22,453 nucleotides of DNA, from positions 1-22,453 of the forward strand of contig JAEEVN010000017.1 of the NCBI GenBank assembly GCA_016290885.1. The letters are read 5' to 3'. The notes under the pieces were generated by a model. That model did no database searches, was not told where the DNA came from, and saw only the letters and a program-made list of their open reading frames with translations. The position numbers and the translations under genes were made by a program. This DNA is from Bacillales bacterium. Lineage in GTDB: Bacteria > Bacillota_I > Bacilli_A > RF39 > UBA660. Of this stretch, positions 1 to 8,780 are shown piece by piece (positions within the stretch are counted from its first letter, which is position 1; every line of letters begins with the position of its first letter).

Positions 1-127
1 AATGGTTTTTCTATAGAAGGTTTATTTACTTTAATAGATACTGATATAGAATTTGAAGAGGATGATTTAGAGAATTATGTAAATGAATTAATTAAGGTTT
101 ACAAATAAAAGATTTTATATATTATTT
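1..127. repeat. Terminal direct repeat, copy A (identical to 22327..22453); carries the last 35 codons and stop of the protease-like gene
   Basis: Base-by-base comparison of the window start with 22327..22453 shows identity. The TAA at 106-108 corresponds to the TAA at 22432-22434. Confidence 0.95.
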
Positions 128-157
128 TAAGTAAATATTAACTAAATTTTTAATTGT

Positions 158-610
158 ATGGATAAAAGTAAATTACTTAAACTTGCTAAAATGGTAATGA
201 AGTTTAAAGAAATTTCAACAGATAAAGGCACACTTATTACAGATGAGTTTGCTGTAGGAGTTGAGGTTTTTATTGAAACTGAAGAAGGTAAATATATTCC
301 TGCAACAGATGGAGAATATGTTACTGAAAATCAAAAAATTACTATTAAAGACGGTAAAATAGAGAGTATAGAAGATAATCAACCTATAGTTGAAGAGCTT
401 GTTCAAGAATCAGATGAAAAAGATTTGAGAATAGCTGAACTTGAAGGTCTGTTAAAAGATCGTGACGCTATCATATCTGAGTTGACAGCTAAAATTAAAG
501 AGTTAGAGGATAAAATCAACAAACCAGTAGAAGAGCCTATTGAAATGTAGGCAGTTGTTGATGATCAAAAAGTTAAAGCAAATCCTGCTTTGAGATATTT
601 TCAAAATTAA
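158..610 (+). CDS. Putative scaffolding protein (150 aa when TAG 548-550 is decoded)
   Basis: ATG at 158. The standard-code ORF stops at TAG 548-550, but the frame stays open to TAA 608-610. The protein is acidic with a coiled-coil-like segment (LRIAELEGLLKDRDAIISELTAKIKELEDKI). It lies between the protease-like gene and the capsid gene. Confidence 0.55.
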
Positions 611-635
611 TTAATTTAAAAAAATAAAATTATTT

Positions 636-1538
636 ATGGCAAATCCTATTGTAACAAGTCTTCCTAATTATGTGGAAGAGAAGAAATTCGGTCTAATCCG
701 TAATGCAGTCATTGGTGCTAAGTCTGCATCATTATTCAATCTGCAAACTGGTATTAAGGGCGCTACAGCACTTAATCTTTTAAATACTGACGTTGTTTTC
801 GGTGACGGTTCTGATTGTGGTTGGGACGACGCTGGTACTTCAACTTTATCACAGCGTATTTTGACTCCAGGCTATCCAAAAGTAAATATGTCATTCTGTG
901 ACAAGGTGCTTTTGAAGACTTATGCTAACTATGAAGTTAAAGTTGCTGCTGGTCAGAAAACTATGCCTTTCGAGGAAGATTTCATCGCTGGTGTTATCGA
1001 AAATGTTAAGGCTAAGCTTGAAACTATGATTTGGACTGGTTCAGTAAGCGGTGGTGATGCATTTGACGGTATCGAAACTGTTATCACTGGTACATCATTT
1101 GTTCCTGTGACTTATCAGTCTGGTGCTTCAGTTACAACTATTGTAAACGCAACTTATGCTGCTATACCATCTGCTGCTTTCAACAAAGGTCAGGTTGTTA
1201 TGTTTATGGGTTCTGATATGTATCGTACATATATACAGGAGCTTATAGCTAACGGTAACCCAGTTATCACAACTGGTCTTAATGATGTTGCAATGCCAGA
1301 TTCAATCTTAATACCTGGTACAAACGTACGTGTTTACGGTGTAGCTGGTCTTGACGGAACTGGTGATGTTTATGCATCTTATCAAGATAACTTCATCTAT
1401 GGTACAGACCTTCAGGGTGATGAAGAGAAGTTCGACTTCTGGTATTCACAAGATAACCGCGAATTCCGTCTTGCTATTGAAATGGCAGTTGGTGTTCAGG
1501 TTGCATTCCCTGATATGTTGGTTAAAGCTTCTCTATAA
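636..1538 (+). CDS. Major capsid protein (HK97-fold-like, 300 aa)
   Basis: Uninterrupted 300-codon ORF with no TAG and a TAA stop. It follows protease and scaffold and is followed by a strong hairpin terminator. GC is about 38% (hand-counted line) and codon choice (cgt, ggt, gct, ctt) differs from the backbone, as expected for a very highly expressed gene. Family resemblance is from memory only. Confidence 0.8.
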   Translation: MANPIVTSLPNYVEEKKFGLIRNAVIGAKSASLFNLQTGIKGATALNLLNTDVVFGDGSDCGWDDAGTSTLSQRILTPGYPKVNMSFCDKVLLKTYANYEVKVAAGQKTMPFEEDFIAGVIENVKAKLETMIWTGSVSGGDAFDGIETVITGTSFVPVTYQSGASVTTIVNATYAAIPSAAFNKGQVVMFMGSDMYRTYIQELIANGNPVITTGLNDVAMPDSILIPGTNVRVYGVAGLDGTGDVYASYQDNFIYGTDLQGDEEKFDFWYSQDNREFRLAIEMAVGVQVAFPDMLVKASL

Positions 1539-1548
1539 TTTTGAGTAT

Positions 1549-1578
1549 ACGGGCGGTTAAAATCAGCCGCCTGTTTTT
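1549..1578 (+). terminator. Rho-independent terminator after the capsid gene
   Basis: Stem acGGGCGG (1549-1556) pairs with CCGCCtgt (1567-1574), with one G-U pair. The loop is ttaaaatcag and a T-run follows at 1574-1578. Confidence 0.75.
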
Positions 1579-1609
1579 AACAATTAAAAATTAAAAAAAA
1601 ATTAAAAAT

Positions 1610-2146
1610 ATGGCATACGAATCTTGTTCTTCTGTAACTCTTGAATCTATAGATGCTCGTTGCGACCAGTCTATAGGTGGTATCAAGCGTATTCTTATTG
1701 CTAATAAAGATGATGTGACAGGTGTTACACTAGATAATTCTACACACCAAATAACTGCCATAACTTTGGCACAAGATAAAACATTCTACGAGTGGAAGTT
1801 CCGTAGAAACACTGGTTCTTACACCTCTACTGTCACACAAGATGTAGCAATAGGTAACAGTTTCGCTACGACTGAAGTAAACCTACAGTTTTCTAAGGCT
1901 GAGGCACTTAAAAGATTAGCAATACAAAATGCCATTAATGCTAGTGCAGTTATTATAGTTGAAGCATTAGATGGTGAAAAGATTTATTTAGGATATGATA
2001 ATGAAGTAAATATAACTAATGCTGTTATGCAGTCAGGTACCGCTAATACTGACTTAAATGGATTTACTCTTACTTTTAATGATGTTTCAAAAGAACTTCC
2101 TTATTTTATATCCCCATCTTTAGATATAGATAGCCTTCTAGTTTAA
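1610..2146 (+). CDS. Abundant virion structural protein, possibly major tail (tube) protein (178 aa)
   Basis: TAG-free ORF with a TAA stop, bracketed by two strong terminators. The 5' half uses the same codon bias as the capsid gene. The N-terminal motif C..SIGGIKRILIA recalls siphophage major tail proteins, but the function is not proven. Confidence 0.6.
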   Translation: MAYESCSSVTLESIDARCDQSIGGIKRILIANKDDVTGVTLDNSTHQITAITLAQDKTFYEWKFRRNTGSYTSTVTQDVAIGNSFATTEVNLQFSKAEALKRLAIQNAINASAVIIVEALDGEKIYLGYDNEVNITNAVMQSGTANTDLNGFTLTFNDVSKELPYFISPSLDIDSLLV

Positions 2147-2177
2147 TGGTTAAAATGTAATTAATTAGATGTAAGTG

Positions 2178-2206
2178 AAAGGACTCTTAAAATGAGTCCT
2201 TTTTTT
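2178..2206 (+). terminator. Rho-independent terminator
   Basis: Perfect 9-bp stem aaaggactc (2178-2186) / gagtccttt (2194-2202) with loop ttaaaat, then a T-run to 2206. The loop shares ttaaaat with the loop of the 1549 terminator. Confidence 0.8.
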
Positions 2207-2254
2207 ATTAACAAAATTGTTAAATTAAATATTATATTTAATAAAAAGAATAGT

Positions 2255-3268
2255 ATGGCTAAAAAAGAAAATTTTGAATTTGGGAGCGTATTATATACTC
2301 CATCTGGAATAGGAATTTCAGATATAGTAGATAAAAAAACTAATAATAAATGGGTTAGTTGGGGTGAGGATAATAAATTACCATATATACTATGGGATAA
2401 TTATTTAAAAAATAGTACATTATCCTCTATAGTTAATTCTATGGTTGATTATATTATGGGAGAAGGTGTTGAATGTAGTATTAATATACCTGACTTATAG
2501 AAAACTATATTTGACTTTATATTATTTGGAGGGTTTGCTTTAGAAGGTATTAGAAATAAAAAAGGTGATGTAGTTTTAATTAACTATATAAATGTTATGA
2601 ATGTAAGAGTTGATGAAAAATTAACAACTGCTTACATATCAAATAAATGGAAAGGTTATACTGGAGATAATATAATTACATTACCTTTGTTTAATAATAA
2701 AGAAAAACAACCTCATTTTATATATTATTTTAGAGGTAATTTAACTAGAGGTATAAATCCAATACCTTGTTATATAAGTGCTTTTAAGAGTATTTTAATT
2801 TTAAATAATACTAGAGAGTTTCATATTAAAAACTTAGAGAATGGTTTTTCAGCTTCTTCTCTTATTAGTATTAATAATGGAACAATAAAACGTAAAGAAT
2901 TAGAGGATATACAACAGAAATTAGAATATAATTATCAAGGTTCAGTTAATGCTGGAAAGGTAATTATAATTAATGCACCAGATAAAGAGCACGCTCCTAC
3001 TATTTAGAGATTATAGGCTGATGATTTTGGAGATTAGTATTTTGCTTTACAAGATAGTAGTATAAATGATTTATACACTGCATTTAGAATAAATCCTGTT
3101 CTACTAGGTGTTAATGTACCAACAGGTTTTTCAGCTGTGGAATATGAAAATATCTTTAAACTTTATAATAAAACAGTTATAAAACCTTTACAAAAGAATA
3201 TTATAAAAGCATTTAATGATATGGGAGTGGATTTGTCATTTACAGATTTTAAAATAGATTTTAATTAA
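2255..3268 (+). CDS. Portal protein (337 aa, 4 in-frame TAG)
   Basis: ATG at 2255. ORF-track pieces 2192 and 2597 share one frame, which continues to TAA 3266-3268 through TAGs at 2498, 3005, 3014 and 3035. Portal-like motifs are WVSWGEDNKLP, DFILFGGFALEG and AFRINPVLLGV. Confidence 0.75.
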
Positions 3269-3269
3269 A

Positions 3270-3572
3270 ATGATATATATTAAAGAAATTTTAAATATAC
3301 CGAAAATTGATGTTAGAGGTTGTGATACTTTAACTTTTAAAAACCAAGTAACTCATTAGATAATTACTTTATCTGTTGAAGATTTAACTCCTGATTAGGT
3401 TTATTACACTTTTAATATAGATATAAGTAAATTTTCAATAGGTTAGTATGATTACTATATATATTTAAATAATGAAGTTGTTGGATCTGGTATAGCACAA
3501 TACGGGGATTTTATTCCTAATATAACTACTTATAATAGAGAGGAAACAGACATTAAAACTTACGAAAGATGA
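3270..3572 (+). CDS. Hypothetical protein (100 aa, 3 in-frame TAG)
   Basis: ATG at 3270, two bases after the portal stop. The frame is open to TGA 3570-3572 when TAG is decoded, and there is an ATGA overlap with the next gene. Confidence 0.5.
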
Positions 3573-4099
3573 GTAAAATATATTTAATAAGTGAGTCAAC
3601 TTTAAAAAAACATAGCCTTATAAACAATAATTTAGATGGTCAGTATATAACATCAATAATTGATATTTGTCAAAATATAGATTTAGATACACTTATAGGA
3701 ACGGCACTTTTAAATAAAATATGTGATTTAGTTGATAGTGGAGATATACAAAATCCAGACAATATCTATTATAAAAATCTACTTGATTAGTATATAACAG
3801 AATACTTAGTATGGCAAGTAATGTCTTAGATACAAATTGCTTTAAATTATAAAATAACAAATAGTGGTGTTATAGAAAATCAAGATGATAAGAAGTCTAG
3901 ATTAGATTATTCTAATAGTAGGGCAATACAATCATAGTATGAACATTATGCGGCTGCTTATGCAAATAAAATGAAAAACTTTATATTAAAGAATGTAATA
4001 CACTTTCCAGAATATAAAAAATGTATTAATTACGAAGTAGCAGAAGATGTTAATACTAGTGGTATTTACTTTCCAAATATTAAATTCTGTAGAAAATGA
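3569..4099 (+). CDS. Hypothetical head-tail connector/adaptor-like protein (176 aa, 3 in-frame TAG)
   Basis: ORF-track piece 3569..3790 continues in frame through three TAGs to TGA 4097-4099, with an ATGA overlap at both ends. The functional call rests on position only. Confidence 0.5.
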
Positions 4100-5304
4100 A
4101 TAATTTATATTACATTATAAATCAAATTAAGAAAATTACTCTTGAACATAAACTTATAAATAGATTTACAGAAGGAGATATTTATACTAATTTAAATGAG
4201 GAAAAAGATAAATTATATCCTACTGTAAATTTAACTATAGATACTGTATTAGTAAATGGTGATTATCAAACTATTAATGGTTACTTGTATTATATAGATA
4301 GATTATTAGATGATGAGAGTAATAAAATAGAGATATAGACTGTAGGTATAAGATCTTTACAATCTATAATAAATAAATTAAGTGAAATATATAATTGGAA
4401 TATAACTTCTCAGACGTACAATCCTTTCACAGAAAAATTCGCTGACCTGTGTGCCGGAGTTTATGTCACATTTACTATGGAGGTTCCAGCTGAAGAAATA
4501 TGTGCAGATGATTTGTTTGTGCCGGCTGTTATTAACATAACAAAAAACGGAGAGTATGACGTCACTGCTTATGATAAAGCTAATGTCAGTGTTCCACCTT
4601 TTGATATGTGGCTGTGGCTCATAAATAATAGTACCGGTGCTTATGCAGATAAGATTCAACCTGAGTGGCTGCAACCTCTTGATTTAAGTCTGCTTCCTAC
4701 GGAAACTTCAAATCAAATGATTTTTACTGGTATAAATTCTGACATTGAAGTAATATTTCCAAATAGTGAGTGGAATTCTATTTTACGAGCTTACTGTTTT
4801 AGTGGGGTTGGTAGTGAGGTTACAATTACATTAACAAATTTAAAAAACATATGGACCAATTTTTTCAGAGGGAGTGCAGCCAAAGAGATACGACTTCCTA
4901 ACTGGACAGGTTGGGCTTCTGGTGGAATGAACTTTATTTTTTGTGGATGTCCGAATCTTGAAGTGATCCGTACAGGTACATTGACACAGTTAATACCATA
5001 TAACACGTTTGGCAACACTCCAAAATTGCATACAATAGAAGTTGGTCCTGGAAGTGATGTTAGATACACTAGTCCTGATTATTCTATTGGTATATCTCTT
5101 AGTACGTGGAATCCCACATATTGGACTGCAACCGAAGAGGGTCGAGCTATGTTAAATGAAAATTTACGTAGGTACTTTATCCCTAATTTAATAGATGTAC
5201 ACGATGCAGTAGGCCTTAAGGTTATTCGATTTGGTTGGTATAGTTATATGGACGAAGAAAATAGGACATTACTAACAGATAAAGGCTATACCGTGAGTGC
5301 TTAA
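4096..5304 (+). CDS. Chimeric virion protein: AT-rich N-terminal neck/tail-adaptor-like domain fused to a GC-rich LRR-like receptor-binding domain (402 aa, 1 TAG)
   Basis: ORF-track pieces 4096 and 4477 are in the same frame and are joined through TAG 4336-4338 with no TAA or TGA between them. The C-terminal part carries ITKNGEYDVTAYDKANVSVP and Cys-containing LRR-like units (CFSGVGSEV, FRGSAAKEIRLPNW, FCGCPNLEVI). The stop is TAA 5302-5304. Confidence 0.65.
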
Positions 5305-5320
5305 AAATTTTTAATAAAAA

Positions 5321-5527
5321 ATGAAAACACAAATAGTAACTAAAGAAGATAATTGGTTGTACTACTCATATTGTGATGACCAATTTAGATTGTTTGAAAA
5401 GGAGATAAGTCTGCCAGATGATGACCCATTTTGGCCAGAGTGTACTTAGACAGAACGTGAAGAATGGGAGTCCAAACATCCTCAACCACAGCCAGAACCG
5501 GAGCCAAATGGCACTGAGGCTGAATAA
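5321..5527 (+). CDS. Small hypothetical protein (68 aa if TAG 5447-5449 is decoded, 42 aa if it terminates)
   Basis: ATG at 5321 and TAA at 5525-5527. The C-terminal tail is acidic and Pro-rich (HPQPQPEPEPNGTEAE). It lies between the two LRR genes. Confidence 0.4.
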
Positions 5528-5558
5528 TGACATTATTAAATAAAATTAAATTTTTAAT

Positions 5559-7505
5559 ATGATAAGTAATATACCATAGAAATTTAAAGAGATTGTTAAG
5601 CTGATATCTGGTGGTGCCACTTTGCCAGGTGAGACTTTTTATGAGGTTCTCACATCATTCGCAAGTATGTATGGCATACAAGGAGAAACCGTCAATGAAA
5701 TACTATATAAAATCTTACAAATGTCTGGTGTGTCAGTTATCCCAAATGACACCACATACAATTATTTGTGTCAGCTGGTTTATCTTCTAAGTGAGAGACA
5801 CATCTTAAATGAAAATATCACATCTAAATATATCATATTAGACGAACTATATGAGGCTTTAGTATTTGACAGGAACCCCGCACCAAACAGGTTGGTTTAT
5901 TATAATGATACTATGTTGAATGATTCTAAATATGCAGTTGGCTCTACCTTCTGTGGTGGAACCATAACAGCTCATATTTACAATAACAATATAAAAGTTG
6001 GTGCTATTGAATTTGACAGGACCATAACAGACCTGGAAAACGCTGCATTCAGAAATACACATATAAATGACATTTATCTGCCTACTGAAGTTGTTACAAT
6101 AGGTGATAATGCGTTTTTCCAGTGCTATTATTTATACGGTTCGTGGTCTCTTCCTGGCACAGTTACCACTATAGGTGACTATGCATTTGCTTCCACTGAT
6201 ATTAAAGAGTTAAGAGTGCCAGCTGGAACTACTTCAATCGGTCACGCAGCTTTTACCGGTGTTAAAAACATAGTTTATACCGGAACGGCCTCTTATGGAC
6301 CGAATGATCCATATTGGGGTGCTTATATGGTGAATGGTGTATGGGAAAGCCGCACCGGCAATTTATACAGTGATGACGGAACAATATTTGCCTGCGTTGG
6401 TTATCCAGATGATACAACAACACTGACAGTTGCATCCGGTGTAACCACCATAGGACGGAATGCTGTTAGAAACTGCACATCATTGACCAGTGTTACTTTG
6501 CCTTCAAGTCTGACCACTATTCAGTCTGGTGCGTTTATTCAGTGTCCTGCTCTGCCTGCTATAACAATTCCTTCTGGTGTCACTTCAATAGGCGCGTTCG
6601 CATTCTCAGGTGACACTGCATTGACTATAACAATGCTGCCGACTGTGCCTCCTACTCTGGCTGGATCCAATGAATTTACCGGCGTGCAGAAAATATTGGT
6701 TCCTGAATCAAGCTATAACGACTATATAACAGCCTGGTCACAGTGGAGCTCTATTATTGATATTATACCAGTGCCATTGAATTTCACTGCAAATGAAGCA
6801 AATTCAACGGTAAGTCTAGGAAAATCAGGAACACTAGATACATCTTATGAGTATTCAACCGATAACGTAACGTGGACTCCATATAATATTGGTGATACGA
6901 TCACACTTGCAAATGTTGGTGATAAGGTTTATTTCAGAGGAGATAACAAAGATGTCGTATTTGACCGTTTAAATTATATGCGTTTTGTAATTTTGGGTTC
7001 TGTCGTAGGTGATGGTAACATTATGTCAATTCTTGATCCGACTATGCAGCTTGACACCGCTCCTGCATATTGTTTCACTAGTTTATTTAGTATTTGTCAC
7101 GGTTTGACAAGGGCACCTAAGCTTCCGGCTATAAATCTTAGTCCATCTTGCTATAGATATATGTTCCAGAATTGTATTAATTTAACTGAGGCACCAGAAC
7201 TACCAGCTACAACACTTTCTGGTAATTGCTACCAGTATATGTTCCAAGGATGTTCATCATTAACAACTGTGCCTGCACTGACTGCTACAATACTTGCAAG
7301 TAGATGCTATATGGGTATGTTTAGAGGTTGTTCCGCACTAAACTCTTTAACAGTTTATATAAATGAGCTTGGAGCTTCTCCAGCAGCGAACTGGTTGGCA
7401 GATACTGCAGTTGGAACAACAGGTGTAATTCACTCATTAGGTACAATTTCTGACAGTGATTTAAGCACAATACTTCCTGCTAACTGGAGTATTTCTCATT
7501 CGTGA
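5559..7505 (+). CDS. BspA-like leucine-rich-repeat protein, probable receptor-binding/tail fibre protein (648 aa, 1 TAG at codon 7)
   Basis: ATG at 5559 is in frame with ORF 5622..7505, through TAG 5577-5579. Repeats of the LRR_5/BspA type include LTSVTLPSSLTTIQSGAFIQCPALPAITIPSGVTSIGAFAF. Three C-terminal units follow the pattern LPA..L...CY.YMFQGC..L. The stop is TGA. Confidence 0.8.
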
Positions 7506-7532
7506 ACTGACAAAATAAATTAAATTATTATT

Positions 7533-7670
7533 ATGAACATTAGATATACAGATAACGGAGTTTTCTTCGTTAACTCACTTGGTTTCGCTGAGTGGGTTGA
7601 CGAAGAGAGTCTGGAACATTATAGAAAAGTGAAAATTAGGGATTATTGGGAAAATGACAAACGAAAGTAA
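7533..7670 (+). CDS. Small hypothetical protein (45 aa)
   Basis: ATG at 7533, TAA at 7668-7670, no TAG. It overlaps the start of the next gene by 17 nt. Short, so coding status is uncertain. Confidence 0.35.
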   Translation: MNIRYTDNGVFFVNSLGFAEWVDEESLEHYRKVKIRDYWENDKRK

Positions 7671-7896
7671 ATTCAATCTTGCACGCGAAATTAGGTTTTA
7701 TATATTATTTTTACTTGCTTCTTTTTTACTAATAACTGGTTTATATATGGAACCTCCTGGAGAAATATCTCATTCTGTTCTTATTGCAGCAGGAGTTTTA
7801 GTAACCGTTGCTGCTTGTGTAGTTGGAGTAGATGTAAAAGGTATAATAAGAGAGTATAGATTAACTAAAAAAGAATTATTAAATGAAGAATCATAA
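7654..7896 (+). CDS. Putative holin (80 aa, two predicted transmembrane helices)
   Basis: Hydrophobic segments FYILFLLASFLLITGLY and VLIAAGVLVTVAACVVGV with a charged C-terminus. It sits immediately upstream of, and overlaps, the peptidase gene. No TAG. Confidence 0.55.
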   Translation: MTNESKFNLAREIRFYILFLLASFLLITGLYMEPPGEISHSVLIAAGVLVTVAACVVGVDVKGIIREYRLTKKELLNEES

Positions 7897-8269
7897 ATAC
7901 TTTACTTTAAATGAATTATGTAAATCAGTAACAGCTGATAAATTAGGAATCAATAATACTCCTATAGATCCAGAAATATTAGATAATTTAGATTATATTA
8001 TGTCTAAATTAGATGAAGTAAGAGAGGGTTACGGAAAACCTATTATCATAAACAGTGGTTACAGGTGTCCAGCATTAAACAAAGCAGTCGGAGGTGTAGC
8101 TGATTCGTACCACCAGAAAGGTCTGGCAGTCGATATTAGATGGGACGATGAGTTAATAGATTATATAATAAATAATCATAGTTTTGATAAACTTATAAAA
8201 GAAAAATCTAGTTGGATTCATATTTAGTGGTCAAGAAGTAAAAATAGAAATATATGTTTGAACGGTTAA
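7883..8269 (+). CDS. Endolysin, peptidase M15 family (VanY / M15_4-like), 128 aa with TAG 8225-8227 decoded
   Basis: Zinc-peptidase motifs SGYRCPALNKAVGGVADSYHQKGLAVDI and WIHI. The standard-code ORF ends at TAG 8225-8227, but the frame continues 14 codons to TAA 8267-8269. Confidence 0.8.
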
Positions 8270-8694
8270 TTTATTTAATTATTATAGTCTGTTTAAGTTT
8301 AGGATTATGTTATACTTATAAAAGTAATAATAAAGTTATAACTCAAACAGATACTATCTATATAGATTCTATAAGGATAGTAGAAAAAACAAAAATTAAA
8401 TATGTAACCCATATAGATACTTTTTATATAAAAGGTGATACTGTATGGTTAAAAGATTTACCTATAGAGCATAAAACATATAAAGACACAGTATTTAATT
8501 CTGTTATAAAATTAGATTATTCTGGATTTAACGCTAGTGTAGATAATATATAGATAAAAACTAAACCACAAAGAAAACCATTTGGTTGGAGTATATCAGT
8601 AGGTCCTTATATAGGATATGGTACTGATTTTAAAAACTTAGGACCTTCTGTAGGTGTTAGTTTGTAGTTTGGTTGGGGTTATAGATTTAAATAA
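8254..8694 (+). CDS. Membrane-anchored lysis-accessory (spanin-like) protein (146 aa, 2 TAG)
   Basis: ATG at 8254 with an N-terminal signal-anchor (LIYLIIIVCLSLGLC). The frame runs through TAGs at 8551 and 8665 to TAA 8692-8694. The C-terminus is Gly/aromatic-rich (GPSVGVSL.FGWGYRFK). It is the last gene before a strong terminator. Confidence 0.5.
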
Positions 8695-8695
8695 G

Positions 8696-8746
8696 AAAAT
8701 CAGGTAGTTTTGAGAATAAAAACTTAAAATTACCTGATTTTTGTTG
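8696..8746 (+). terminator. Long hairpin terminator ending the structural/lysis operon
   Basis: A 19-bp stem pairs 8696-8714 with 8723-8741 (two G-U pairs). The loop is aataaaaa and a T-rich tail follows. Confidence 0.75.
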
Positions 8747-8780
8747 TTATTTATAAATATATTTTGTATCTTTGTATTAT
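8738..8780 (+). promoter_or_regulatory. Bacteroidetes-type promoter P1 (-7 box TATCTTTG at 8767-8774) driving the suppressor tRNA
   Basis: The -7 box matches the TAnnTTTG consensus, with TTTG/TTG elements 20-23 nt upstream. The tRNA 5' end lies 7 nt downstream of the box. The element is 36/43 identical to P2 at 9091-9133. Confidence 0.55.

Noticed and set aside
1-127. Biological direct terminal repeat (DTR packaging)
   Set aside because: The repeat is exactly 127 bp and cuts through a coding sequence. That fits a k-mer overlap from circular assembly better. It cannot be excluded without read-level data.
215-406. Minus-strand ORFs in the track: 215..406, 4378..4674, 4791..5069, 5859..6062, 9858..10064, 10935..11183, 19814..20020, 21459..21743
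   Set aside because: Each lies entirely antisense to a well-supported + strand gene. Their translations are low-complexity (Phe/Ile/Leu/Asn-rich or mirror-like), and none has flanking signals of its own. They are treated as shadow ORFs.
1351-1560. + strand 69-aa ORF overlapping the 3' end of the capsid gene
   Set aside because: It is out of frame within the capsid gene and runs into the terminator hairpin. The sequence has no protein-like character.
2192-2254. ORF-track start of the portal piece at ATG 2192
   Set aside because: That ATG lies inside the 2178-2206 terminator hairpin and T-run. The in-frame ATG at 2255 (MAKKENFEF...) follows an AT-rich leader like other genes, so it is preferred.
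6400-7400. Diversity-generating retroelement or variable repeats in the LRR gene
   Set aside because: The internal repeats are diverged protein-level LRR units. They are not a near-identical template/variable pair differing at adenines, and no reverse transcriptase gene exists in the genome.
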